A stretch of 64,000 nt of DNA from Aquirufa sp. (GCA_044349095.1 JBIKRO010000002.1:47211-111210); one strand, 5' to 3'. Numbered from the stretch's first letter, positions 10,601 through 20,104 are shown. The notes: a model not told the origin generated them from the sequence alone. Numbers and translations: made by a program.

Positions 10601-12114
10601 AATTAAAAATTAGAGGTCAGTTTAGTGATCCTAGCTTTAGTGGAAAAGTTGTCGTTCAAAAAGCTAAAGTCAATTTTGATTATTTGAATACAGCCATTTT
10701 TGTGAGCGACACGGTTTCGTTTCAAGGGCGTCAAATTTTAGCCAAAAATTGGCAATTAAAAGATAATGATGGCAATGTAGCTAAGCTAAATGGCCAACTC
10801 AATTTTCCTAAGGACAAGCCTTTGGAAATGTCCTTAACAGCAGACCTTACTCGGTATAAAATTTTAAATACGCAGAAGAGCCCAAGCTCCTTTTATTATG
10901 GTACCGGCTATGCGAGTGGCTTATTTCAGTTGGATGGAACCCTGGATAATTTGCTTATTTCAGGCAATTTGAAAAGTGAAAAGGGTACCCGATTATTCAT
11001 TCCTTTAGATCGTGAATCGGAGGCGAAAGCAGATGATGATTTTGAGTTTTTAAGCCAAACGTTAAAAACAGAAACGGTCAACGAGAAGCTCGTTTCAACC
11101 CAATCGAAAGACAATGGCATTCGATTAGATTTGATGTTAAATCTGACCCCTGAGGCTTATGGAGAAGTCCAATTGGACAGCAAAAAAGGAGATATCATGC
11201 GTGGTTATGGTACGGGAGGCATTCGGATGACCATGGATAAAAAGGGTGATTTTAAGATGTTGGGCGACTATGCGATTGATCAAGGGGATTATACGTTCTC
11301 ACTTCAAAACATCATTAACAAAAAATTTGCCATTCAGCGGGGCTCTAAAATTTCATGGACAGGTAGTCCTTTGGATGCCAACATCAACATGAAGGCAATT
11401 TATACCCAATATGCGAGTCTGTTTCCTATCCTTTTGGATACAACAAACAAAGGGAATTTGCCTGAATTTAAGCGTCGATACCCGGTAGATGTGGTGATTA
11501 ATTTACAGGATAGGCTACTGGCTCCCAATGTTTCTTTTGATATTGGCATTCGGGATTATCCGAAAGATGTAACGTTGAATAGTGCAGTGACCGCCTTTGC
11601 TAATCGTATAAAAACCGATGAACAGGAGTTGACCCGACAGGTCAGTAACGTACTTCTTTTTGGCCAATTAGTCTCGCCTTTTGGGGCTAGTGGATTGGTT
11701 CTTGGTAATTTAATGGGAAATTTTACGGAGATGCTCTCGAATCAATTGAGCAATTTGGCCTCAGAAATTAATAAGGATTTGAACATAGATGTTTATTTGG
11801 GTGGCGGCAGTTTGACTCAGGATATATTGACAAACCTACAGCTGCGGGTCTCGTATAATGTGAACGACCGATTGCGTATCACGCGAAGTGGAGGATTTAC
11901 AGATGCCAGAAATCAGACGAGTCCTCAAATTTTATTGGGCGATTGGGCTTTGGAATATTTCATTAAAAAGGATGGAAGCCTACGTACAAAAATGTACAAT
12001 CGAAATGTCCAAACCACCCTTTTAGGATCCCTGAACTCCTATCAAATCAACCAAACTTTAGGCGCAAGTATCCTTTACAATAAGAGCTTTAATTCTTTCT
12101 TTGGGACTAAATAA
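7645..12114 (+). CDS. TamB/AsmA-like translocation and assembly module protein (very large envelope protein)
   Basis: 1489 aa with a single N-terminal TM anchor 'VLYGLVGIFLLFFSIILLL' and a long beta-rich repetitive body. The C-terminal region resembles the TamB (DUF490) tail as I recall it. Family call is from memory. Confidence 0.65.
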   Translation: MVKYLKLLAKSVLYGLVGIFLLFFSIILLLRVPSNQIRLANYFTPKIEKAIGYPLTLDGIQLKFFDEISFWGLRVKDPWGKDMIYIEKLDINFSISDLFLQGSKPSMEYAQLIRPRVHLILEKKSGKINLNEFIDRIVAYVNKNSTSTSTESSLFKIHSAQVVDGTFLLDDEREKNLATPTHFDLSHFSFVKINSKVADFYVHGDTIGLQTIGFQTIDPSSKFQVKKLDTKFMISDRQMRFDDLTLFFNDSYVGDHVHMNYQKINDLTKWITKVDMVGNLKNSKVKGEDLGRFVTAMYDYKGYYQLNGQLNGSVDNLALKNFEIGFGQKSKLKGDFSFKGLPNVTKTQMEFSMNKSIFFPNDLAVFITQGASEKMNILGSVAFDGKFKGTYDNFQTSGQLNTGLGYMEGDFKLKLKDSMALSSYDGSVKLAKFKLGKLLDLETYIGNIDLIGKIKGIGFSKKSAHVDFDGKLSEITFNAYAYKNVSVKGNFQRQLFKGNVAVKDTHFVAEMSGEINLQQPKAVYLLEGKIGHADLAKLHWGSEDVQIKTGFDLNIKFTDIDDLFGKALFTDIVIKKPQMDDLSMGLISFSANENNVGFRQYRLNSDLISVELNGDFKPTKMKAELGQLADEYLFYFNKKEDERTAYYNKRKYDINDKYFADFTIICHQAQPILSRFYPSIGVGRNTIFTGNVSKGRTYSVSLESYPDTLVFGGYKFYQSVFSLQSSKFLGGPEVSSSLVFQSRRQQLNFLTPTENFKLNALWDQDRINFDVDFKQAGDDNSAHFGGNWRFEKDGLSLRFKDSYLKILGQDWAFDPENMVTLKGQEWKAEHVLISNKKQSIALQGSLSMDSTQTLRFRANKFQLATLEPILAIKANGELNAEISVQNWYQNTRVDSWMIVDSLRLDKFYMGNLQGVGTYMAESQRMDLNYTLNRLGEPVLSVSGQYKPYAEGDQLALKTELNRTNLEILEPFTRGIFSGLAGEASGELKIRGQFSDPSFSGKVVVQKAKVNFDYLNTAIFVSDTVSFQGRQILAKNWQLKDNDGNVAKLNGQLNFPKDKPLEMSLTADLTRYKILNTQKSPSSFYYGTGYASGLFQLDGTLDNLLISGNLKSEKGTRLFIPLDRESEAKADDDFEFLSQTLKTETVNEKLVSTQSKDNGIRLDLMLNLTPEAYGEVQLDSKKGDIMRGYGTGGIRMTMDKKGDFKMLGDYAIDQGDYTFSLQNIINKKFAIQRGSKISWTGSPLDANINMKAIYTQYASLFPILLDTTNKGNLPEFKRRYPVDVVINLQDRLLAPNVSFDIGIRDYPKDVTLNSAVTAFANRIKTDEQELTRQVSNVLLFGQLVSPFGASGLVLGNLMGNFTEMLSNQLSNLASEINKDLNIDVYLGGGSLTQDILTNLQLRVSYNVNDRLRITRSGGFTDARNQTSPQILLGDWALEYFIKKDGSLRTKMYNRNVQTTLLGSLNSYQINQTLGASILYNKSFNSFFGTK

Positions 12115-12130
12115 TGCTGGTCGACGTATC

Positions 12131-12166
12131 AAAAAAAGAGCCGCAATGGCGGCTCTTTAAAATTTT
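12131..12166. terminator. bidirectional intrinsic terminator between convergent genes
   Basis: Perfect 9-bp stem AAGAGCCGC/GCGGCTCTT with a 4-nt loop. It is flanked by A7 on the left (T7 for the minus-strand transcript) and TTTAAAATTTT on the right. Confidence 0.7.
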
Positions 12167-12179
12167 GAATAGGTGCAAT

Positions 12180-13121
12180 TTATCTGACAACAAAAGTACC
12201 ATTGCCAATCGCAAATCCCTCTGAATACATTTCAATCGAATATTTCCCTGGCTTGTAAACAACTCCACCACGGGAATAAAGTACGGCAACTTCTTGGTTA
12301 TCGTTTGAATAAGAAACGGTTTGAGAAGTGGTAAATGGAATATCTTTACCTCCTTGATTGATTTTTCCTGATCCTACTGCCTCGTCTGATAATGTACTTC
12401 CTTCACCATCCAAAATACGTACGTAAATGGTTTTGTTCTCCAACTTAGTGATTGGGTTAGGGGCTAAATTGAATACAATTTTCAATTTGTCAATTCTTTT
12501 TCCACCTAATTTAGCTTTCTCCGTTTCTTTTCCTTTAGCATTGACAGCTAGCACACGAATGTTCTGAGCTTTCAATGCCGCACCGATACTTACCTTACGA
12601 GCTAATTCTTTGTTCTTAGCTGCTACCTCTGATAAGGTATCACTTAAGTTCTTGTTGACCGTTTTCAAGCCCGTATTTTCAGTGTTTAACGTCTGGTTTT
12701 GAGTGTTTAGCACTTGGTTGTTTTCAGTCAAAACACCATTTTGTTTTTTCAGCTCAACAATATCACCATCTTTTTGAGCTAGAATAAGATCATATTCTTT
12801 AATTTTAGCTAAATAGGAAGCTACAGTCGCATGATTTGCTTTCTTTAGCGAAGATTTATCTTGTTCTAATTGCAATTTCAAAGCTTCTAAGTCTGCCACT
12901 TGGCCTCCTAATGCTTTAATTTCAGAGATTTTACTATCTAACTGAGTTGAAATTGAATCTAATTTAACGCGTGTATTAGCTAATTCAGTCGCTTTTTCTT
13001 CGATACTAGTGGCTTGCTCTTTGGTTAGTTGGTTCGACCTGAAATATAAGACTCCAAATACTGCAGTTAATACAGCAAGGACTATGAGTGCAATCTTAGA
13101 AGTGTTGTTATTTGATTCCAT
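12180..13121 (-). CDS. membrane-anchored coiled-coil protein, function unknown
   Basis: N-terminal TM 'IALIVLAVLTAVFGVLYF', about 170 aa of heptad-like Q/L/K/E-rich sequence, and a beta-rich C-terminal domain. No catalytic motif. Confidence 0.5.
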   Translation of the reverse strand: MESNNNTSKIALIVLAVLTAVFGVLYFRSNQLTKEQATSIEEKATELANTRVKLDSISTQLDSKISEIKALGGQVADLEALKLQLEQDKSSLKKANHATVASYLAKIKEYDLILAQKDGDIVELKKQNGVLTENNQVLNTQNQTLNTENTGLKTVNKNLSDTLSEVAAKNKELARKVSIGAALKAQNIRVLAVNAKGKETEKAKLGGKRIDKLKIVFNLAPNPITKLENKTIYVRILDGEGSTLSDEAVGSGKINQGGKDIPFTTSQTVSYSNDNQEVAVLYSRGGVVYKPGKYSIEMYSEGFAIGNGTFVVR

Positions 13122-13236
13122 TATGTTTATTTTATTTATTAAAGGGTTTGTTTAATTTATCGCAAATTACAATAATTAAATTTAAATTCATTTCTAAACG
13201 CGTTTTTGGTTAATTTGCGTGAATAAATAATGGATT

Positions 13237-14814
13237 ATGCTCACCTATGATTTTATTGTAATTGGGTCCGGTATTGCGGGTTTATCGTATACCGCAAAAA
13301 TTGCGCAACACTTTCAGGACATTAATCAACCTGTTAAAATTGCGGTCATCACAAAAACCATTGCTGAGGAAACAAATACCAAATATGCACAAGGTGGAAT
13401 TGCTGCTGTTTGGGATCAGGATGATTCGTTTGACAAACACATCCAAGACACCATTGTTGCAGGTGATTTTATAAGTAATCAAAAGGTTGTTGAGATGGTG
13501 GTCAAAGAAGCTCCTGAGCGGCTTAAGGAATTAATCTCGTATGGAACTGATTTTGACCGTCGGGCTGATGGGACTTTTGATTTAGTCAAAGAAGGTGGGC
13601 ATTCGGATAAAAGAATTTTACATTACAAGGACTCCACGGGCAATGAAATTGAGCGCGCACTTTTAGCCAAAGTCAAGTCTTTTCCATCGGTGGATTTTTT
13701 CACGCATTACTTTGCGGTGGATTTAATTACCCAACACCATTTAGGCGAAAAGGTAACCAAGGATACTCCTGACAAAAAATGTTTTGGCGTCTATGTCCTT
13801 AATTTAAGAACTAAAAAAGTGGAGACCTTTTTAGGCAAAACTACTTTGTTGGCCACCGGGGGAATCGGCCAAGTATATCAATCCACAACTAATCCTAAGA
13901 TTGCCACGGGTGATGGAATTGCGATGGCATACCGAGCAAAGGCGTTTGTTCAAGGAATGGAATTTATTCAATTTCATCCTACCGCATTATATAATCCCGG
14001 AAAGAAGCCCTCATTTTTGATTTCTGAGGCGGTGCGAGGACATGGTGGAATTCTGAAAAATTTGGATGGCTCTACATTTATGGAGCGTTATGACGATCGT
14101 TTGTCCTTGGCACCCCGTGATATTGTTGCCCGTGCCATCGATTCCGAAATGAAAAGGCAAGGTAGCGACCACGTATTTTTAGATACAAGGCATATTCCAA
14201 AAGATGAAATTATACAACATTTCCCCATGATCTACCAGCATTGTTTAGATGAATTGGGAATTGACATGTCTACAGAAATGATTCCTGTGGTACCCGCTCA
14301 GCATTACCTTTGTGGGGGTATTATCGTGGATGAATTTAGTAGGACCAATATTCAACATTTATATGCCGCTGGGGAGTGTTCCTATACGGGCCTTCATGGA
14401 GCAAACCGTTTGGCTTCCAATAGTTTATTAGAAGCTATTGTATTTGCCCATCGGGCATTCCAAAAGTCGATTGACGAATTTGGAACTCAATCCTTACCGG
14501 AATTAATTCCAGCTTGGAATGATGAAGGCACGAAAAACCCTGAAGAACTAGTGTTAGTTACGGAAATGGCACGTGAATTGGAGTCCATTATGTCCAATTA
14601 TGTGGGCATTGTTCGTACTGATCGACGTTTGAAGCGAGCCTATGATCGCTTGGAATTGATTTATTTAGAGCACGAAGAGTTATATAAGCAATCTCGAATT
14701 ACTGTTCCTTTATGTGAATTGAGAAATATGATCAATGTGGCTTATTTGATCATCAAGCATGCGCGCGCTCAAAGAGAAAATAAAGGGCTTCATTACAATT
14801 TAGATTTGATATAG
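13237..14814 (+). CDS. nadB: L-aspartate oxidase
   Basis: FAD dinucleotide fold 'DFIVIGSGIAGLS', 'AQGGIAA', and 'GLHGANRLASNSLLE' near the C-terminus. 525 aa. Confidence 0.93.
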   Translation: MLTYDFIVIGSGIAGLSYTAKIAQHFQDINQPVKIAVITKTIAEETNTKYAQGGIAAVWDQDDSFDKHIQDTIVAGDFISNQKVVEMVVKEAPERLKELISYGTDFDRRADGTFDLVKEGGHSDKRILHYKDSTGNEIERALLAKVKSFPSVDFFTHYFAVDLITQHHLGEKVTKDTPDKKCFGVYVLNLRTKKVETFLGKTTLLATGGIGQVYQSTTNPKIATGDGIAMAYRAKAFVQGMEFIQFHPTALYNPGKKPSFLISEAVRGHGGILKNLDGSTFMERYDDRLSLAPRDIVARAIDSEMKRQGSDHVFLDTRHIPKDEIIQHFPMIYQHCLDELGIDMSTEMIPVVPAQHYLCGGIIVDEFSRTNIQHLYAAGECSYTGLHGANRLASNSLLEAIVFAHRAFQKSIDEFGTQSLPELIPAWNDEGTKNPEELVLVTEMARELESIMSNYVGIVRTDRRLKRAYDRLELIYLEHEELYKQSRITVPLCELRNMINVAYLIIKHARAQRENKGLHYNLDLI

Positions 14815-14870
14815 CTTGACTTGTCAATTATAAGGCCTACATTTAATCGGTTCTATACCCCATTCTTTCT

Positions 14871-15458
14871 ATGTCGCAATCGATTCGAGATGTAATCTCT
14901 CCTCTAAATATTCTTTCTAAATCTGAAATCCTGAATGTTAGTAAAAGTTTTAAAATTGTTCATCTAAAGAAGCATGATTGTTTAGTTCAAGCGGGAGGGC
15001 ATTTAGACCAATTGGTTTTTTTGAAAAAAGGAATTTTGCGGAGTGGATCAAATCAAGATTCAGAGGTTTTGAAATCGAAAGAGTTTACATTCGAAAATAA
15101 TTTTTTGTTTTCAGGCAGTAGTTTGTTGGCCACTAAACCCTTCTCCCAATCCATTCATGCCTTAATGGATTCAGATATTTTAGTTTTAACGCGCGCTGAG
15201 TTGGACGGGATTTACGAGAGTATTCCGGGATTTGTGGCGGTTTTGCGCCAACTAACACAAGACGAATTAGAAAAGCAGGAGAAGCTTGCTGTTTTAATAA
15301 AAATTCAACCCCCTCAAAAACGGTATGAGCATTTCCAACGAAATTTCGCTTGGATCGCTGGCCAATTACCCGAAGGCCAGTTGGCCTCTTTTCTTCAAAT
15401 TCCAACCTCCGAGCTAACTCGTATCAGAAAAAAAATAAGTTTAGGAACTACCTTTTAA
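14871..15458 (+). CDS. Crp/Fnr family transcriptional regulator
   Basis: cNMP-binding-type beta-roll 'LKKHDCLVQAGGHLDQLVFLKKGILRS' and a C-terminal HTH-like 'LASFLQIPTSELTRIRKKI'. Confidence 0.7.
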   Translation: MSQSIRDVISPLNILSKSEILNVSKSFKIVHLKKHDCLVQAGGHLDQLVFLKKGILRSGSNQDSEVLKSKEFTFENNFLFSGSSLLATKPFSQSIHALMDSDILVLTRAELDGIYESIPGFVAVLRQLTQDELEKQEKLAVLIKIQPPQKRYEHFQRNFAWIAGQLPEGQLASFLQIPTSELTRIRKKISLGTTF

Positions 15459-16078
15459 GCATGAAGTTTAAGGTAGGATACAATGACTTGTAAGCCTTTT
15501 TCAAAGTGATGGTTGTTGGGTATTACGATATCACAACTTCGTTTATGCGGCCTGATGAATTCTTCGTAGGTAGGTTTGACATGGTATTTCCAACGGTACA
15601 TGACATCCTGTAAATCATAACCCCTCTCTTCATTATCGCGTTTTATGCGGCGCTTTAATTTGATCTTGTCTTGTGCGTCAATAAATATTTTTAAATCTAG
15701 GAGCTTGGCAACTTCCGGAAAATGAAAAACGAAAATGCCCTCTACAACCAATATTTTTTTAGGATGGAAATGTAATATGGAGGGAATTTTTTCAGAGTTA
15801 TTGAAGGTGTATTCCTCGCGAGTGACTATTTCACCTGACCTTAATTTTTCGACGTCAGCGGCAAAAGCCACATCATCTATGGCCCCAGGCAAGTCAAAAT
15901 TTTCAATCCCATTTTCATCTTTCGTTTGATGTTGTTTAGGGCGATAGTAATTGTCCTGTGACAATAAACAAATATCATCTGTGTCGAATTGCTCCATTAA
16001 TCGAGTTAAAAAAAGGGTCTTTCCTGAGGCACTTCCTCCGGTAATCCCAATGATAAATGGACGGTTGTTGGTCGACAT
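15455..16078 (-). CDS. udk: uridine kinase
   Basis: P-loop 'IIGITGGSASGKT', 207 aa, typical Udk length and layout. Confidence 0.88.
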   Translation of the reverse strand: MSTNNRPFIIGITGGSASGKTLFLTRLMEQFDTDDICLLSQDNYYRPKQHQTKDENGIENFDLPGAIDDVAFAADVEKLRSGEIVTREEYTFNNSEKIPSILHFHPKKILVVEGIFVFHFPEVAKLLDLKIFIDAQDKIKLKRRIKRDNEERGYDLQDVMYRWKYHVKPTYEEFIRPHKRSCDIVIPNNHHFEKGLQVIVSYLKLHA

Positions 16079-16139
16079 AATGAAATAGATTCAAATGCAA
16101 ATTTGCGAAAATGATTTAAATTAAACTAAAGCAAAAATT

Positions 16140-16673
16140 TCATTTTTTGAATAAGAGATAAATAGCTTTTTCGTCTTTTTGCTTTTTGTCTATCTTTTCA
16201 AAACCAGCTTCGGCTGCGATGTTAATTAACTCCTCAGTAAAGAATAATTTTTTTCCACAGCCCTCATGAATGAGTGGAATTGAGATAGATACTTCTTCCT
16301 CTATTAGCAATTGCCCCCCTTTTTTTAATATTCGAAAAGCCTCTTGGAGCACTAACTCGATTTGTTTGAATTCATGTAATGCATTGAAAATGAATACCCA
16401 ATCGGCCATTTCATTTTCTAACGTTAATGCATGTACGTCTTCGTTTTTTACGGAAATGGTTGTTGTGTTTTTTGTTTGGGTTTTGTTTTCAAAATAGGCA
16501 ATGGAGTCGCCAACTTCCTCATTCGTCAGAGCCTGAAAATCATGATCGACTAAAATTAATTGGCCAGCGGGCTTTTGAATCACACAATTGATTTCCCACC
16601 AACCCGATCCACTACCTAAAGAAACGAGGGTATAGGTGTTTTTCCAAGGAGCAAATCTTAAAAGTTCTTTCAT
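16140..16673 (-). CDS. class I SAM-dependent methyltransferase
   Basis: Motif I-like 'LVSLGSGSGWWE' and a post-motif acidic 'LILVDHD'. Substrate unknown. Confidence 0.6.
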   Translation of the reverse strand: MKELLRFAPWKNTYTLVSLGSGSGWWEINCVIQKPAGQLILVDHDFQALTNEEVGDSIAYFENKTQTKNTTTISVKNEDVHALTLENEMADWVFIFNALHEFKQIELVLQEAFRILKKGGQLLIEEEVSISIPLIHEGCGKKLFFTEELINIAAEAGFEKIDKKQKDEKAIYLLFKK

Positions 16674-16699
16674 TCTAGGTTTAAATTAATGGATAAATC

Positions 16700-17239
16700 A
16701 TGAAGCATGGTATCTTTGAAGATAATTATTTTACCATGGCTATTTATATCGCACCTACGGCTTCAGTGATGGGCCGAGTACTTATTTCAAAAGATGTTTC
16801 TGTTTGGCACGGAGCGGTTATTCGGGCAGATGTGGAAGAAATTATTTTAGGGGAAGGCTGTAATATTCAAGACAATGCGGTCTTGCATGCCGACGAAGGA
16901 GATAAAACGATTATTGGCCCCAGGGTGACGATTGGCCATGCTGCGATTGTTCATGGCGCAACGATAGGCGAAGGCTCCCTCATTGGAATGCATGCAACGG
17001 TATTAAATCGCGCTCAGATTGGCCGATTTTGTTTAATTGGCGCTCATGCATTGGTCACCGAAGGGATGATTATACCTGATTTTTCCATGGTACTTGGAAT
17101 GCCTGCCAAAGTCGTTAAGACACTTTCTGAGGATCAAATAAGCCGTTTAAAAGAAGGGGCTGATCATTATATCATGATGGGGGAAAGACACGCAGCGGGG
17201 GAATTTCCATTACTCTCACAAGCCGATTTTAATTCATGA
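16700..17239 (+). CDS. gamma-carbonic-anhydrase-like / hexapeptide-repeat family protein
   Basis: Left-handed beta-helix hexapeptide repeats and 'NIQDNAVLHAD', 'IGHAAIVHG' His motifs typical of the YrdA/PaaY group. Confidence 0.8.
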   Translation: MKHGIFEDNYFTMAIYIAPTASVMGRVLISKDVSVWHGAVIRADVEEIILGEGCNIQDNAVLHADEGDKTIIGPRVTIGHAAIVHGATIGEGSLIGMHATVLNRAQIGRFCLIGAHALVTEGMIIPDFSMVLGMPAKVVKTLSEDQISRLKEGADHYIMMGERHAAGEFPLLSQADFNS

Positions 17240-17694
17240 AAGATCTTTTTTTAATTCGCCATGCGCACGCTGGACCCTATTTGCTCCCGGATGAAGGGCG
17301 CAACTTGTCTATTAGGGGAATAGAAGAGGCGCAAGAGTTAAGAGCGATTTTTTTGAAAAGCAATTTCCCTATAGGTTTTTGGTATATCTCCAATACGAAA
17401 AGAACGATTGAAACGGCTGAAATATTGATGGGAAACGTGCAAAAATCAGGAGATTCTTTTGATGAGTATTGGTACCACGCCACGGGGCCCCAATATGTGG
17501 AAAAATTACTGAGTAGCCACCAAGATGTTATTTATTTAGTAGCCCACAATTCATCGATTTCCTATGCGGCATCCTATTTTTCTGGAGAAATGATTCAAAT
17601 GGAAACATCTTCCTGTGTACATTTGCACTGGCCAAAAGCCGATACTTGGGATGAAATTATCAAAGGAAGTGCCATGGTCAATTTTATACATTAA
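17236..17694 (+). CDS. histidine phosphatase family protein (SixA-like)
   Basis: 'LIRHAHA' RH motif at the N-terminus and a later 'VAHN' motif. ATGA overlap with the upstream gene. Confidence 0.65.
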   Translation: MKDLFLIRHAHAGPYLLPDEGRNLSIRGIEEAQELRAIFLKSNFPIGFWYISNTKRTIETAEILMGNVQKSGDSFDEYWYHATGPQYVEKLLSSHQDVIYLVAHNSSISYAASYFSGEMIQMETSSCVHLHWPKADTWDEIIKGSAMVNFIH

Positions 17695-17698
17695 TGCT

Positions 17699-17827
17699 AT
17701 GCAAAAAAATCGCCTTATTTTTCGTTGGATTTTGATTCTGTTTACACTTTTGATGATTGCGCTCGCTATCGATATGGCTCGTAATACAACAGCTCCATGG
17801 AATAAAAACAAAGCAAAAACCAATTAA
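17699..17827 (+). CDS. possible 42-aa single-TM small protein
   Basis: ATG lies 5 nt after the preceding stop. It has a hydrophobic core 'WILILFTLLMIALAI' followed by a basic tail. No other support. Confidence 0.3.
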   Translation: MQKNRLIFRWILILFTLLMIALAIDMARNTTAPWNKNKAKTN

Positions 17828-17868
17828 TGCGCCGATTTAATTAGCCATTTAATTCCATAAATCGAAGG

Positions 17869-18387
17869 CTATAAAACAGACTCGATGTGCTTTAGATGAT
17901 GGGTGCAATGCCAAGCATAAATGCCCAATACTCGATCTAAAGGATAAGTAATACCTCGCTCTGGATGATAATATGTTTTCGTCCAATCCGTTTCTTGCAG
18001 AGTATTCATCAAATAAACCCAACGCTGATGCACGGATTTGACACCTGTAATGGACCATTCAATCGGTGCTTCGTCGCCATCCGGCATGTGTGCCCAGTCA
18101 TTTTCTGAATAGGGCATGATGGTTGGGTTGTCCTCATTTAATGCTTTTTTGAATCGTATGTAGCAATTCATGTGGCTATCAAACATGTGATGAATCACTT
18201 GGCGTGCAGTCCAACCTCCTGGTCGGTATGCTTTTTTCAAAGTGCTTTCCGAATGTTTTGAAGCTGCTATGGCTAATAAATCAGGAAATTCCTCAATCGT
18301 CTTTATCCAGTTTTTTCTGATTTCAGGCGTGATAATTTCTGGAGCAGCAAATTTCCCAATGGGATATTGAAGTGGATTTAATTCCAT
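17869..18387 (-). CDS. DinB/YfiT-like metal-dependent (thiol S-transferase-type) protein
   Basis: N-terminal 'YPIGKF' as in YfiT. Spaced His residues 'VIHHMFDSHMN' and 'HCTHHLKHI' are typical of the DinB four-helix fold. Confidence 0.78.
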   Translation of the reverse strand: MELNPLQYPIGKFAAPEIITPEIRKNWIKTIEEFPDLLAIAASKHSESTLKKAYRPGGWTARQVIHHMFDSHMNCYIRFKKALNEDNPTIMPYSENDWAHMPDGDEAPIEWSITGVKSVHQRWVYLMNTLQETDWTKTYYHPERGITYPLDRVLGIYAWHCTHHLKHIESVL

Positions 18388-18391
18388 GTGA

Positions 18392-20101
18392 TTATACGTT
18401 GGTAAAAAAAGTAGTGATGTCTTTGGCGGCTTCTCGGGTATGGGCGATCAAGGGGTGGACGCCGCGATGTATCAACTCGAGCATTTCTTTTCCTGAATCT
18501 TTGCTTAGGTGGGAAATATGCAATGGCATCAAAATCTCACCTTCTTCAACCTCCATAGGCGTACACACTTGAAAAGCGATGTTGCCCGCCGAGGCGATTT
18601 TAATTAAATCCAACTTCGTTTTCTGGAAACTTTCTTCAAAACTTTCTTCTGTATTTCCCGAAATTTCTAATTGGACTGCTGTCTGGCTCAATTTTAAAGC
18701 CAGTAATTCTTTGATCTCGCTATCTAACAGGTTTAATTGTTTTCTAAGTGCATGGTAATTTTTACCCGTCGACATCCGCTCGCGAATCGATTGCCTAATG
18801 AAATAAGTAATCGTATCTGTAACCGTTAATCCTATTTCAGCCGTTTGCTTAAAAATTAATGAGCTTAGTGACATACCAGGAATGGTGTTTGGATCATGCA
18901 AAATAACCATTCCTTCAGGGCTTAAAAATCCGTCTATTCGCGTGCAAACCCCAAAACCCAAGTCGTCAAAAGCTTTTTTAACCTGCTCTTGTATCATTTT
19001 CAAATGCGCTAAACTAGCATCCATGGGTATTCTTTTCCGCGTTGCCTTAGATTTATATTTGGCATTAAAATCGAAAACTTCCACGGACTCGTCAATAACA
19101 ATTTCGGTCGGCGGTAGGGCAACTGACTCACCATCAGGTGTCTGAATGACCCCGCAACTAAATTCCGCTCCATTTACAAACGATTCCAATAAAATGGAAT
19201 CCTCCGAATGAATAGAATGAATAACCGCCTTAGTTACTCCTTGTAAAAAATACGATTGTAACTCGGTCAAAAGTCCGCTAGGATGTAAGAAAATTTGATG
19301 TTGGAAAATGACTGGAAAGCCTATTCCCTCATCTAAATTGACCATTTTTTGTATTAAATCGATTTGATCTTCCTCGGTTAATTTAATCCAATCTTCTCGG
19401 TAAATCTCGGAGATGAACAGGCATTTTTTGATCGCCTGGTCAAAATCTTCTAAGGAATCTTTTTTGACAAATGCCAAACCAATCGACGATCCTTGGTGAG
19501 GAGCTTTGGCCACAAATGGCACGCCTATTTCTTTTTTAACTTGCTCAAATAATGTTTCTCGGCCATATTTCTCGTAATCATCCCTCTTTAACGTGAAGAA
19601 TTTTTTATCGAGTCCTACGCTTTTTTGTAACCATTCATTTTGCTTCGACTTATCTATTCCGATCGCTGATCCTAATAAACCAGGGCCGGAATAGGGGATG
19701 TTATACCATTCTAATAAACCTTGAATACTTCCATCTTCCGCGCCGGGACCGTGCATGGCAATGAACGCAAAATCGAAATGATCTTTAAAGTTTTCAGGAA
19801 AAATTTGAACGCCAATCTCCTGGATAATTTGGGCATAAGCCTCAGGATTTTGATTTTCTAAGGATTCAATGTAAACGGAAAATGGAGCTGTTTGATATTG
19901 TTTTGGAGGGAAAAAATCACGGATTGAATCTTCAAAAATAAGTGATTCTTTAATCAAAATAAAATGCCCCAAACTGTCTACAAATATAGGCACGGGCTTA
20001 AATAATGCTTTGTTGATATGCGCCATGGCCGTCTTCCCACCGGCAAAACTAATTTCACGTTCTCTTGCTTGGCCACCAAATAAAATTCCAATACGCATCA
20101 T
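18392..20101 (-). CDS. D-alanine--D-alanine ligase family ATP-grasp protein, long form (569 aa)
   Basis: Ddl-like blocks 'RIGILFGGQAREREIS', 'AMHGPGAEDGSIQGLLEWYNIPYSG', 'PFVAKAPHQGSSIG', 'FDFNAKY' and 'DPNTIPGMS'. There is also an internal insertion and a roughly 110-aa C-terminal extension. Confidence 0.7.
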   Translation of the reverse strand: MMRIGILFGGQAREREISFAGGKTAMAHINKALFKPVPIFVDSLGHFILIKESLIFEDSIRDFFPPKQYQTAPFSVYIESLENQNPEAYAQIIQEIGVQIFPENFKDHFDFAFIAMHGPGAEDGSIQGLLEWYNIPYSGPGLLGSAIGIDKSKQNEWLQKSVGLDKKFFTLKRDDYEKYGRETLFEQVKKEIGVPFVAKAPHQGSSIGLAFVKKDSLEDFDQAIKKCLFISEIYREDWIKLTEEDQIDLIQKMVNLDEGIGFPVIFQHQIFLHPSGLLTELQSYFLQGVTKAVIHSIHSEDSILLESFVNGAEFSCGVIQTPDGESVALPPTEIVIDESVEVFDFNAKYKSKATRKRIPMDASLAHLKMIQEQVKKAFDDLGFGVCTRIDGFLSPEGMVILHDPNTIPGMSLSSLIFKQTAEIGLTVTDTITYFIRQSIRERMSTGKNYHALRKQLNLLDSEIKELLALKLSQTAVQLEISGNTEESFEESFQKTKLDLIKIASAGNIAFQVCTPMEVEEGEILMPLHISHLSKDSGKEMLELIHRGVHPLIAHTREAAKDITTFFTNV

Positions 20102-20104
20102 AAA

